This document shows positions 51,192 through 64,000 of a stretch of DNA of 64,000 bases, piece after piece. A model generated the notes under the pieces. That model was given only the letters and a program-made list of their open reading frames with translations. It was not told the origin of the DNA and ran no database searches. The translations under genes and the position numbers were made by a program. Numbering within the stretch: position 1 is the stretch's first letter; every line of letters begins with the position of its first letter. The DNA lies in the NCBI RefSeq assembly GCF_009914755.1, contig NC_060932.1; one strand, written 5' to 3'. The stretch comes from the human T2T-CHM13v2.0 reference genome, Homo sapiens.

Positions 51192-51955
51192 CTAGAGAGT
51201 TTTTTTCCTCCGCTCTAAAATTCAATGCAATTCTCAATTCTGTCTCTAACTATCCACAGTGAGCTGTCACACTCCACAAGTTTAAGGAACTCCACACTGC
51301 CACAAAATTTCCTTCACTTCAAACTCCAGTCACAAGTACCGGGTCCCCAGGTTACCCACACATCTGTCCAACTTGGCTGCAAAGTCACAGGTTCCCATAG
51401 CCCCCCTCTTAGATTCAATAACTTGCTAGAACAACTCACAGAACTCAGGAAAATGTTATACTTACAATTATAGTTTATTATAAGAGATACAAATGAACAA
51501 CCAGATGAGGTACATAGGGTGAGGTCTGAAAGGGTCCCGCATGCAGCAACCTCTATCCCTCAAAGTTGGAGTGTGCCATCCTCCTTTTACATGGATGTGT
51601 TCATCAACCCAGAAGCTCTCAGAACACTGTCATTGAGGGATTTTTATGGAGGTTTCATTATGTAGGCAGAATTGATTAAATCATCGGCCATTGATGATCT
51701 CTGTCTATAACCCCTTTGCCGTCCATCCCCAGAGGTTGGGGGTGGGCTGAAAGTTCCAACCCTGTAATCACATGGTTAGTTCATCTGGCAATCAACCCCC
51801 ATCCTGCAGCTATCTAGGGGCCTGCCAAGATGTGTCACCACATGAGAACAAAAGATGTTCCTATCACCTTTATGACTCAGGAAATTTCAAAGGTTTCAGG
51901 AGCTCTGTGCCATAAACTGAGGACAAAGACCAAATACTTTTCTTATTATACCACA
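51192..51955 (-). mobile_element. MER21-family LTR inserted into the ERV-L internal region
   Basis: gggtccccaggttacccacacatctgtccaacttggct...ttgctagaacaactcacagaactcaggaaa...catagggtgaggtctgaaagggtccc...ggacaaagaccaaatacttttcttattataccaca. Confidence 0.88.
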
Positions 51956-52570
51956 TTACTGCATAATGAGGATAGAGGCCTTTTAATACTCCCATGCTTT
52001 TTGATAAAAGTAAATAGAAAACTACAGTAACCCAGCATAGGTGGGGGCTGCTGATAGCACAGACCTTTAGGAGTGAAGGCTTAGGTCCCCTTCCTGCCAC
52101 CAGGCTAGGAACTGTGAAGAGTTGAGGTGCTTGCTTGAGCAAAGGGATATGGAATGGCTACTGGAAGAAGGAAGTTCTAAATACCATCTAAGACCATGTG
52201 ACTACTTGCAGAAAAAAGGACAGTAGTACTTACTAGTATTTCTTTCTTACTTTGATATAAATATATATTTTCTTTTTTTCTCCTCTCTGATTCTCCTACT
52301 ATCTGATGTAAGATGTGTCCATAGTTGCTAACATTATATATCAGCATTTAAGTTACAAGATATCAGGGGGTGAATATGTTGAGCTAGAGGAGGAATGAAC
52401 ATTCCCCAGTGAGTAAATTGACATATGAAAACTCAAATGCTCTTTTAGGGAGTGAGTTAGAGTGTTTTTAATTGTATCACATTAAGCAGAAGCAAGACTT
52501 TTATCGTTATTTTGAAGTTAAATATGGTTAGAAGAGGTGTATACGGATGCCAAGTTATCAAGGTGCTGAC

Positions 52571-53142
52571 TGTATTGCATTGTTTTATCATCAACGTGTT
52601 TACCCTTTTGCTAGAATCCCCTCCCCTATATAATTCCAGGCTAGAGTTAGCCAAGGAGATGAAAAAGAAGCAGCATCCATGACTCTCAATGCTTTTCACA
52701 CTAGATGAGCTGACAGACTGATCAGAGGTGCCAGGAGGGTCCTAGCTTGTCCTCATTCTCCTCTGCCTTGGTCCAGTCCTTCTCCTTGGCTGGTGGCCAC
52801 TGCTCAAGCTACTGCTGACCACAGCAGCCCTGAGTCTACCACCAGAAGCTTAATGACAGAACCATGAAGACAGGAGCTACTCAGGGGCAACAGCTTCCCA
52901 GTTATGGTCCCATTGTGGCAGCTGACATCTCCTGGCTTCTCAGACTTCCTCCTCAGGCTGTGAGGTATCCTCGTGCTTCAGGATGGAGAGGTAGTGACTC
53001 TTCTCTGACCCTCAGCTCCTCCCCTGAGATTCCACATCTCCAGCTCCTTCCACAGTTGTGTAAGGTCTAATATCTGTAATAAACCCCTTATCCCTTATTA
53101 TGCTTAATGGCTCTGCTTCCCTGACTGAATCCCACTGAATCA
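52571..53142 (+). mobile_element. ERVL 3' LTR (LTR40-like)
   Basis: Follows a decayed PPT-like ccaagttatcaaggtgctgac; starts tgtattg; ends ccacagttgtgtaaggtctaatatctgtAATAAAcccctt...ctctgcttccctgactgaatcccactgaatca. Confidence 0.75.
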
Positions 53143-53846
53143 AAGTATATGAAAATATGACATCATAGAAGAAGCCCCTGAAGAAAAATTTTTAAATGGG
53201 GGTGCATTTGGAGACATAGTACTTACCCCACTCCAGAAGTTTCTTGTTTTTCCATGTAGGGGATGCCCACTTGCAAAACCCTCCTAGCCTCTCTCCACCC
53301 ACAACCTCCTTCTTAATTGATGAGTCTGGGATGTGGAAGTGGATCTGCATAGCTCTGTCACTTCCTCCTTCTCTTGGGAGGGAGCCACCTGCTCAACAAA
53401 AACACACACTCCACTCTAGGTTTGGCAGGGCCAGGTTCTTGCTGGGGGCAGCTCTGCCTGTGAAGAGATGGACATGCCTTTCTGATTCTGGATTATACAT
53501 TTCACATCTCACTTGCCACTTTCTCCAGCATCAGTCATATCAGAATAAAGATCATCCTTTGACCTTCATCTGTCCTACTTCTGTGGATTTCTCAAATGCA
53601 TCAGAACTCAGATGGGAGAGAGAAGTGTTCATCCTGGGGCCCCCTTGAATCCCAGAAGGGGTTACTCAAGGGAAACTGCTGAAGAAAGCTTTCCACCGGT
53701 TTGTGAAGGATGTAACTGGAATGGGATAAAAGAGATAGGAGAAGGAAGGTGAAGAAAACAGCCTGGGCAAAGAAAAGAAGCTGTATGTAGAGAAGGAAAA
53801 TTAACCTGAGGAATATAGAAATTTTTTAAGCAAATGAAAAGTAATG

Positions 53847-54333
<487 letters not shown>

Positions 54334-55857
54334 TTATTGCTAATATATGTTTCCTACTATCTAAATCAGAGAAGTGACCTATCAACAGTAACAATGGCCT
54401 GGGCTCTTACTGGTCTCTCTCCCAGCATCTTACTTGGACTTTCCTTGGAATATATTTTTCAGTCTTACAACATTAAAAATAGTTCTCAGGAGTAGAATCC
54501 CTTTTCGATGCTACGAAATTTATTTCAGGGCACTTTACTAAGAAAGACAATGAGAAAGAGAAAGATGGGTTGATAGAAACACTTTACCCTGGCTCAGAGT
54601 CTGTCAGGAATTTAAGAGATGAATTGTATCTCCGCGTCTGAGATCATCCATGTGTTATGAATCGCACTGTTGGAAAATATACCAATATTTCCCTTTAGTC
54701 CCCGTTCTATCCTTCCCCTCCCCATCCTCACATTTCAAATTCATTTTTGTTTCTGTTCCAGGCCTAATGAGACCGTGATCAATGTGTCTCAAGTTGACCC
54801 TGCCTTCATGTCTTCAATCATACCTTCCCTGTCTAATCCACTACACTCTGATCTTTGTCAACTGATGGATTTATTTAGTTAAGAAAACTAAAAATACAAT
54901 CACACCTCAACTTCACAAACAGGCCTCTCTGGTTTGATTTTCTTCATTTTATAAAATCCAGCCAACTGCAGACACTGAACTATGCCTTTAAAGAATCTGT
55001 GTCTGAACTGATGATATTTTCTTCATTTGTGAGGACTTTTTAAAGTCTGCTTCTTTCTGCTCAAGACGCTTCCTGGGTAGTGTCCTCTGCTGGAATGCTT
55101 CCTGAGGCCAAGGTTGTGAGGTCTGGTCTCAAAACCTCCATTCCTAAGCAGCTTTCTGCATGAGTTAGGTTGTCACAGTTCCCCTCTCCTCACTAACTGG
55201 GGGCTCAGTGCACAGCCAGCATCTGCCAAGGGGATGCTGAGATGGATCCAGCAGCCTGGACATGCACAGCAAGCTGCCCACAGATAATCCTGATCGCTGA
55301 GGACAGGGTGGGATGCCATAACTTCACTCCTAAAACTCTTTCAGACTGTTCTTGTTGTTCTTATAGTTGTACCAAATTCACAGTCGATCCTAAGCAAGCT
55401 TTATGTTTGCACATTATTGGATGATTTGGACAAAATGCTTTACATACCCTATCCCAATTGTTACTTCCAACTTTTCTAAAGATCACCCTTTTTTAAATTC
55501 TCTTTTTAGAGATGAAGTACCTGATCTTCTGACACCTTAGTTGGCATGACAACTGAGTGAGTACACCAGGCCAGCTTCATGTTCCTTCTTCCTGTGCCAA
55601 TTTCCTCCCCCGCCTGACTTCTGCTCTAATCCCTGCCACCACTACAGTCTCCGTCTTCATCCTGAGACCCCCAATGCCATCTCCACACCCACTGCCTTCA
55701 TCTCTTGCTACTTCTACCCTCTAGTCTTTCCTCTCTGGGTTCCAAAGCACTCTATCACATCCTACCATACTCCAGCTGCGGATGCTTTGTCAGGTCCTGA
55801 ATATTTTCAATGGATATCTGGGACTCTAAACCCTACCAAGGCATGACATGAAAATAA

Positions 55858-56281
<424 letters not shown>

Positions 56282-57149
56282 CACTTTATCTTAGCCTACC
56301 TTTTTCTTAATGTTTTTGTCGTTTCTCCCATTCTAGGGTAGAGGGATTCATTTTAACCTAAATTTTACCTAAATGGAATTAAGGGAACATACTGTGATTT
56401 CTTCCACTCTTTATTTCCTTGCCTAATACCTTTCTTTTGTCCTTACATCCTTGCAATAACTTATACCCTCACACCTACAGTATCCATCACCAAGATGATC
56501 CTAGGTACCTTGAGACATCAACCTTCCCATGTGTCCTGGCTTCAAGTCTACTTTTAAGGGTGGCCTGAAACTCATGGAGAGAAAATAGAAATTTCACCTT
56601 ACTAATCCAATGTGAATTATATTCACCAAAGTAACAGATCTCAATAAAATTTATATTCTCTTTTTTTTGTCATTTGTGTGTTCACTGCTGTGATTAACAA
56701 TCATTCACATTTGGAAAAGAATCAAGTAAAGCATAACTGAATCCTGATACCACTTGGGAAAGATAGTCATAGATGTGAGAATGTTAAGACGGTACGAGGG
56801 ACACAAGGAAAATCATTTGTGTAGCCAGCACACCACATATTTTACCTGCAAATTCCTGGACTAGGTTCATAAAACACTCTCAGATCATGTCATGTACATT
56901 TTTCATAAGAGTTGAAACTCAGCTTTCATCTGAGGGTACTTCTGGGGACAAAGCTCTGTGAGAAATTGCAGTCTTATAGTTGTGTCAGTCCTCAATCAGG
57001 AGGATTTTTAATGACAAGAAAGACACATAAGGAGCGATGAGAAAAGTGGAGTTCTTTCCTCTTTAAATAATCTGTAATGCCTTTTTTAATGCAACTGCAA
57101 TTAGCCAAAGAGGAAAGTGTGGGACTATCTCATCCCATTTTCAAAAACC

Positions 57150-57380
57150 ACCAATAGCACATATTACATACAAATAATGCATGGTATCCTTTCAAATATT
57201 TTCTCACATTCCTTAGTTTATTCCCTTTACAATCCTTTGAGGCAGTCAGAAAGTGCATTGCTTTTGCAAGTGGGAAAGCAGAGGGAGGTAAGTTGCTTGC
57301 CAAGGTTGACACAGCTAGTTAGTGACGGTGTTTGATTGGAACCCAAATTTGTTGCATCCATCCAGGACACCCAGCACCAC
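57150..57380 (-). mobile_element. MIR
   Basis: ttccctttacaatcctttgaggcag...ttttgcaagtgggaaagcagagggaggtaagttgcttgccaaggttgacacagctagttagtgac. Confidence 0.85.
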
Positions 57381-57589
57381 GTCAATCTATTATGCTAGTC
57401 CCATACTGCCCATGAGCTTCCAGGCGTTCCTAGAATCCATGAAAATTATATTTTTTATTGAGACCCATCTGATTAATTGTGCTCTGTGTCCAAGCCAAAG
57501 AATGCCATAGTTAATTTAGAAAAATGGAAGTTTAAATGTAAATGCATCCAACATCTTGCATGCAAGACTCCTGCCTTGAATTTCTTATA

Positions 57590-57790
57590 GCACCTCTCTG
57601 TCAAAGAGCTCAGGAAAGTTTGCAGCCTCTTGCTAATCCTCCCAACATGCCTGTGAAAGGCACACTGGGCAGTTTTAATTATGGCTGGTTTACAAATAGA
57701 AAAACTGAAACACAGATGGTGAAAAATGAAGCTGAGTAAGGGATTTCCCCAGAACCACTGGCATATCAGACCCAGGCCACTCTTTGCCAG
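57590..57790 (-). mobile_element. MIR
   Basis: taatcctcccaacatgcctgtgaaagg...tttacaaatagaaaaactgaaacacagatggtgaa. Confidence 0.75.
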
Positions 57791-59364
57791 GCCTGGGCAA
57801 TCTCTACTTGGCCACATTTTCTGGGTAAGAGACCTCAAATGGCAAATGAGCATTAAAGACTCCAGTGTGTTTCAAATGCAATACACACATACTTGAGAGG
57901 TGGTAAAATAACAGGTTCAGAGGATGTGGTTGTTGTGAGGAGTCAATGATGCATATGGACAGTGCTTGGCATCAGGTAGCTGGCAGGTAATGTAGGCACA
58001 AGAAATGGAACAGAGAAATTAGTCTCTGCCTTGAAAAAAATGAGGTTGCTGATCTGGATACTCAATAAATATTTATAGAACAAAGGAAGAAAAAAAAACG
58101 AGGGAGGGAGAGCCTTTTAAAATAGAAAACTGGGTTCATGCCCTTTCCCTGTGACTCGCTGGAGTTTCATAAAATGGTTTTATCTTCTGTAACATGGTGG
58201 CTTTAGTGGTCTAAATACCATTCACAAACATATATTCTGGCCATAACATTTCTTAACACCGCCCTCATAAGAGTCAACTCCCACCTCCCTGTGCGGGCTT
58301 CTTTGCTTGAGTTACCAATAGTTACCCCAACCTAACCAAAACACTTAATGCAGACACATCCTTTCTATTATGGGTTGTTTCAACTTTAGTGTAAAAGAAG
58401 GACAAGCCTTTTTTAAAGTAACTAAACATAGTTGGCTGTATTGCAATAGCTTGTGAGGTGCTCGTCATAAAACCAATCCTTTTCTTTTTTAATCTTTTTC
58501 TTGATTATCTCCAAAAATAAAGCATATTTCTTCCCTATGTGCCAGCTGCAGCCAGATGTAGGTAGGGTGTACAATTAAGACTCCGAAAACTTTGCTTAGC
58601 AAATTGAAGGAAAGATGTTAGAAAAACTCATGTAACTCACTTGCTATTTGGTTTTCTTTATGGCTAAATTCAATTTTTTACCCCTTAATTCCAACACAGA
58701 GCCCCCTGACACTCAGGAAGCCTTGAAATGGTTTCCTGTCTTCTGGTTTATCAGATTCAGTTGCTCTGCTCAATAGAATATTATTAACTATGCCTATGTT
58801 AAAAAGTAATAAGCAAAAAAAAAAATGCTTGATTGCCTAGAAGAGATTGTTATATATGAAAAAATTGAATTGCTTTTAACCTTTTCCAGGTAATGTATAC
58901 AACTATTCTTTCAATGTTTAATCCCATTATTTAATGTAAGGAAATAAATAAATAAAATTGGGCTGACAGAAGTGGCAATATAATATTCTTTAATCTGCAG
59001 CTCACAGTGCATTTAAAAATAATAATTTTGAAAACAGCATTTGAAAACATTTTATCTTAAAAATGCATATTTTGCTTATTCTAGTGTTTGTTGATTTGAA
59101 GGCTTTGAGGTCAGCCCAGTAAATATTCAGTTTGCTTGGCACAAACTGTGCAGGAATCTAATAGAAAGCAATATTGTTGAAAATGGATATCAATTGAAAA
59201 CAGAGAGCAGTGTCAACTATTCCCCACTGGGAACAGACAACAATAAAACCAGTCAAGCATTACACAGCCGAGCCTGCCAAATGTCATTAGAGTGGAGAAA
59301 AAAGGAAAGGAACATGGTAGGGAAAGAAGCACTTAGCTTTATTTTTTTCCTCCAATTTAAAAAG

Positions 59365-59368
<4 letters not shown>

Positions 59369-59410
<42 letters not shown>
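59369..59410. repeat. (CA)n microsatellite
   Basis: About 21 perfect AC units. Confidence 0.98.
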
Positions 59411-59413
<3 letters not shown>

Positions 59414-60119
59414 AGTGAGGGATAGGGAGAGAACATTTAGAGAATAAGGACAATAAAACCTAAAATTGTCCAAACCAGTGTCACCATTCTCTTAAAGTTG
59501 GCATATTCTCTTTTCTTTTCCAACGTGATTACATTATAAAGATTTTCAAATAATTTCTCTGTCTTTTCAGTTGATCATTTTCCCCCAATAACTCTTTTAA
59601 TCAAGTGTATTTATAATCACAAAGTTTTCCATTTTTAAATCAGCATTGCAATATCATTTATGGCAATCATACGTCTATCATCGTTTAATTAATTGATCTC
59701 AGTTCTGGGCTTTTGAAATGTATACTTTTTCACTGTTAACCATCAAGCGTCAGTGGAGAGCCTTTCAGAGGGAACGGGCTGCAGAGAAGCCCTATCTCTG
59801 GGTGAAAAGAAATATTTACAGTAGCTCTGAAATCTGTTAAATTATGAGGATGTGGGAAAAATCATTGCCGGGCAATGGGACCATGGGGAAAAACACATCA
59901 TCACTCCCAATCCCACCTGAAGGCAGAACTGGGAACCAGTGACTTAGCCCCAAAACTTCTGCCATATCTGTGGCATTTTCATTGATGATTTGTAAATTTT
60001 CAAACAAAGAAAAATTGTCTCCTACAGACAATGGTCAAGCTGCTGAACAGCCAGCCAAGAGCTCCCCCTAGTGAAGTTGCACAAGTATTAGTGTGAGCTC
60101 CTCCATACATGCACGTCTG

Positions 60120-60124
<5 letters not shown>

Positions 60125-60155
<31 letters not shown>
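60125..60155. repeat. (CA)n microsatellite
   Basis: About 15 perfect AC units. Confidence 0.98.
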
Positions 60156-60157
<2 letters not shown>

Positions 60158-62164
60158 TTTGACTCGTTTGTCCAAAATATTGTCCACTCCACCTTCTTTC
60201 AAAATAACATGAACAAAAATTGCCCAAACTCTCCTGAATGTTTTCTACCATTCATTGTTAAACTCCACACCCAGCAGTAAAGAGCCAGAGAGAACTCCCT
60301 TTTAGAAGGCAAAACTGTCAATCTGATCATATCATTTTGAAATCATAATAATCACATATTGGCTCCAAATCTGCATCCTCAAGTAGATGCTATCAGTGTA
60401 GAAACTCCTCAGGGGCAGCATATTACTATGTAATTAGCATAATAACTTTGTTGTGTAAACAAAATAAAAGACAGGCTTGAATGCGAGAAATATATCTTAC
60501 ACTGTAGTGGCGTCTACAGCTTCTACAGAAAAACCTATTGTTCTTGGCCAAGCTTTTATTTTTGTCACAATATTACTTTGATTAAACACGTGCTGATACA
60601 TGCAAGCAGTTTTCTTTGTAAGTGTACTGCCTTCGTATACATGTATACACATGACCATATATTTTACTGCAAAACAATCTACAGAACACTCATCCTACTC
60701 ATATTTAACAGGACTAATTTGCTATAACACCAGCATCGCATCTCCCAAGTCAGCCCTAATTCCTTCAAATACATTTTGGCTTCCTCCAAAAAGATATTTT
60801 ATCGGTTTTATGAGCCTGGATAGGGCTCTGAAGGGAGAACAGGCATTCTTTAGTGGGGAGAAGGTAGCAAGCGTAGATATCAGATGCATAGATGAAAAGG
60901 ATTTAATGTCTTCCTAAAAATTCTTTGAAAGCCATATGAACATTTTTAGGAAAATATAAATGACTGCCATTTTACAATTAACAGCTGCTTATGTTAAGCA
61001 CTGAATACTCCCTAGCTCCCGCTAATATATTTTTTCTTAAACCATAGATCCACAAGACAAGTGATAATAGCTCTCAGATGCTAAAGGTAAGTCTATTTTT
61101 CTGGGAGATTCTAACCCTAGAATGCAATTTGTTTAGGTTCCATATATTTACGCTCAATTCTTGAAACCAGCAGGCCATCAGAATGACACAGATTAGGCTA
61201 TTGTTATGTAGGGTTGCTTTTATCATGGAGCTCATTTACATAAAAATCATATGCATATAGGAACTAAATTTAAATAAACCAGTTGGCTTAGAAATACCAT
61301 TACTTACCTCCCTGGAGGATGGTGACAATTAATACTGACATCTTTGCGAAGCTTTGCTGGGACATGCTGCCATATAAATATAAATAATAACATTTCAGTT
61401 TTATTACAATATTTTTAGGATATTTTAAAAACTCATTTAATATACGCAGATCCTTGTTCTTTCCATAATTCTCAGACCTCCACAAATCCAAAAGAGAAGA
61501 GGTAGGGGACTAGGGAAGATAGCATAACTAAGCCATTCATTGGGACAAATGTGGATATGACCAGTTTTACCAATTGGCACCACTATTAGGGCAAGAACTG
61601 CACGTTCACGAAACCCACAACTATGATGAACTCTTCTACAATTCACTGTTGGACAATGGGTATATAATTCAGCCTGCAAAAACTGATTTTTTTTTACCTT
61701 ACAAAAGGGGGAGTTAGAATTCTCAACACCTTCTTGAATCAAAAAGAAGTACTAAATAAAGAATCGAAGTTGGACCTATTATGTTAATCAAAATTCTGAG
61801 GGCATCTCTGAAAGTGTAATTTGGCCCAATGTGTGGTTTTTTTTAAATCATGAAAATTAGCTAATGAATATTGTGCAGTCACTTCCCTAACATAAAATAA
61901 CTCAACCATTCAAATTGCACAAATTCCAAAATGGTCTAACTTACAATACATCACTGTTTGCTTGTTTGTGTTAGAAGTGCTTAACCTAATAACATGGTGA
62001 AATTGTATCCTTTTAAAAATTCCAATTTTTACGAATTAACAAGAGACTCATGGCTGAATTTTTTTATCAGTTTAGCTATTACAATCCCAAATACTAAACT
62101 CTGACAATATTTACTGCTGCTTAAATTCATTAATCAGAATTTGGTCCTGTCAGTTTTCACTAGG

Positions 62165-62392
62165 TTGGGAGTCAGAAGTCTCAGGCTTTTGAGCAGGCAC
62201 TGACAATTCTGGACTGCTGGATCTTGACTAGGCCACTGTGTCCTTGGACTCTCAGTTTTTTCATCTGTAAATTATGGGTAATAACATCTGCCCTGCTGAC
62301 CTCATGGGATCACTATGAGAATTAAATGAGATAGCACATGTGGGAAATTCTTTCAATATTAGACAGTGCTAGATAAGTGCGTGCACTATTAG
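62165..62392 (+). mobile_element. MIR
   Basis: ggagtcagaag...ctcagttttttcatctgtaaattatgggtaataacatctgccctgctgacctcatggg...gagaattaaatgagata. Confidence 0.88.
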
Positions 62393-62824
62393 TTTGAAAA
62401 ATAGTATCTCAGTCATCAAGTTTAATCATCTCTAAAGATCTTCCCTAACCTTCTAAATGGTTCTTTGCGTTGATTTCTTTCAGAAAAACAATAAATGTTG
62501 AGTGGCGTATTTGCAGAAAAGTTTTTTTTTAAATCTATCACTGCTAACATTAGTACGTTAGTTAAGTATCTAACTCAGCTCTAGACACTCTTCTCTCATC
62601 AGAATTGCCCCCAAATGCAGTGAGAACACAGTCCATACATAGCGTCACCATGCTTATTTGGTTTGGTTTCTCCCACACTAAAACCTATTGTCCAGGTGTT
62701 TTTCATGGGAGAAATTGCAGAGAGGGCCCAGGGCCACCAGACATAGGCTTTGTCTGCCCTTGGCTCCATCATAACCAAAATAGAAGAACCATATAGCAGA
62801 TGTGTTCCTTTTTAAAAACTAGAA

Positions 62825-63195
62825 CTATATGAAATACTATTTAGTAATAAAGAGAAATAAACTGTCACACACAGCAATGTAGATGAATCTCAAATACATT
62901 ATACTAAATGAAAAAAGCTAGGCTCAGAAAGCTTATACATATGATATCATTTTCATGACATTCTAGAAAAGGGAAAACTATAGAATTATAGGATAGGAAA
63001 CAGATGAGCAGCTGCAAGGGGCTGGAGGTGAGGGAGAGGATTGGATACAAAGGGGCCTGAAGACATTTTTGCAGGTATGAGACTATGTTACATTTTTATT
63101 ATGCTGGTGGTTACCTGAATGCCTGTGTTTGTCAGGGCTCATATTTAAAAGTGGGAATTTTACTATATGTAAATTATAGCTCAATAAACTTGTTT
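62825..63195 (+). mobile_element. L1M (L1MD/L1ME-like) 3' UTR end
   Basis: gaaatactatttagtaataaagagaaataaact...gatgaatctcaaatacattatactaaatgaaaaaagc...gacattctagaaaagggaaaactatag...tgtaaattatagctcaataaa. Confidence 0.9.
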
Positions 63196-64000
63196 CTGTG
63201 TTTTTTTTAAAAAAAAGACTCATAGAAAAGTCAACATGAATTTGTTACCCTGCTTTGAATTGTGTTACCTCTTTTAAAATCAGATTGTATTTTCTTTGTA
63301 GTTCAAACTGTTCTCTGGTAAAATGAAGTCATATTAAGCTAATCAGACACATAATTGAGTATGGTTAAACTCTGAAATAAAGTTTTCAGTGCATATCTAC
63401 CACATTAGTAATTAATTTCCAGAGAGTACAAAAAGTATAATGGTCTTGCAATGATAACCATTTTTATTGTTTTCCAAATGGTAACAAAAGATTTCAGGTC
63501 ATAAGCCTAGTTGTATAGATTTAACCTCTCCCCCATCCTTATCTAGTGCTCAGAGAACTGTTTATATTGTTTCACAGGTGTTACCCATAGGACTCGGAGC
63601 ATGTTCTCTCATACAGGGCTGTCAGTCAAAAATTTCAATTGGTTACAGAGGACCTCACTTGAATTCTGAGTAAAATATGTGACCAGGAATATTTGATCAA
63701 GGGCCCAAAGTAGAGAAAATAAAGCGAATGAATCCAAAATAGCCCCTAGAACTCTGCCAAGAATTGCAACCCATACATATACTGTACAGATAACGTGCTA
63801 TAAAATGCTAGCACTAAGAATGTTTCTTTCTAAAGATTGGGGTACAGCTTCCAGCTTCAGTGATTTTATTTTCTTATCAATAGAATTGTAAAATTTTAAA
63901 AGGCAGAGGGTATCAGCGGGCAGCCCCTTCCTGGGACATGCACGGAGAGAGGGGGTTAAGGGAGGGACATGTTTGGACAAGAAGAAGCTGGAGGAAAAGA

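Larger units (their letters stand above)
50385..52570 (+). mobile_element. ERV-L-class internal region (HERVL40/HERV16-like): decayed integrase, dUTPase-like region and 3' region, interrupted by MER21
   Basis: ORF 50495-50689 reads SGTDPYSGYGSAF...SKTTI..TECLIC.HSALHSIAINQG, close to ERV-L integrase TGIDTYSGYGFA...AKTTI.GLTECLI..HGIPHSIASDQG. Upstream caggttgattacatt reads QVDYI; downstream gaagcagctggcttg reads EAAGL. Confidence 0.88.

Noticed and set aside
53244-53648. 134-aa ORF in non-Alu sequence
   Set aside because: TTG start, no recognisable domain and no convincing flanking splice signals; such lengths occur by chance in 64 kb across six frames.
59194-60251. ORFs with HTHTHT or CVCVCV runs
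   Set aside because: Translations of (CA)n microsatellites.

Overview
This is AT-rich, CpG-depleted primate (human-like) intronic or intergenic DNA. I find no credible protein-coding gene, tRNA, rRNA, CpG island or CRISPR array. Nearly all ORFs in the track come from repeats or chance. The window is a mosaic of transposable elements: 11 Alus, many MIR and L2 fragments, short L1 3' ends, MaLR and ERVL LTRs, a decayed ERV-L internal region with a readable integrase core, and DNA-transposon MITEs. Family and subfamily names come from my recall of consensus sequences, not a database search, and boundaries of old repeats are approximate. Four structures stand out. (1) A 213-bp ERV9/LTR12 3' fragment is flanked by a ~104-bp host duplication instead of a ~4-bp TSD (44560-44987). 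(2) A 224-bp unrecognised, hairpin-forming insert carries an A-rich tail and a perfect 16-bp TSD, suggesting an orphan retroposed RNA (12842-13097). (3) A ~135-bp unique segment is duplicated 1.8 kb away. (4) A four-level nest runs L2>Tigger3a>MER30>Alu. Several candidate non-coding exons are listed as low-confidence hypotheses. The sequence alone does not support a claim of a new multi-gene system.
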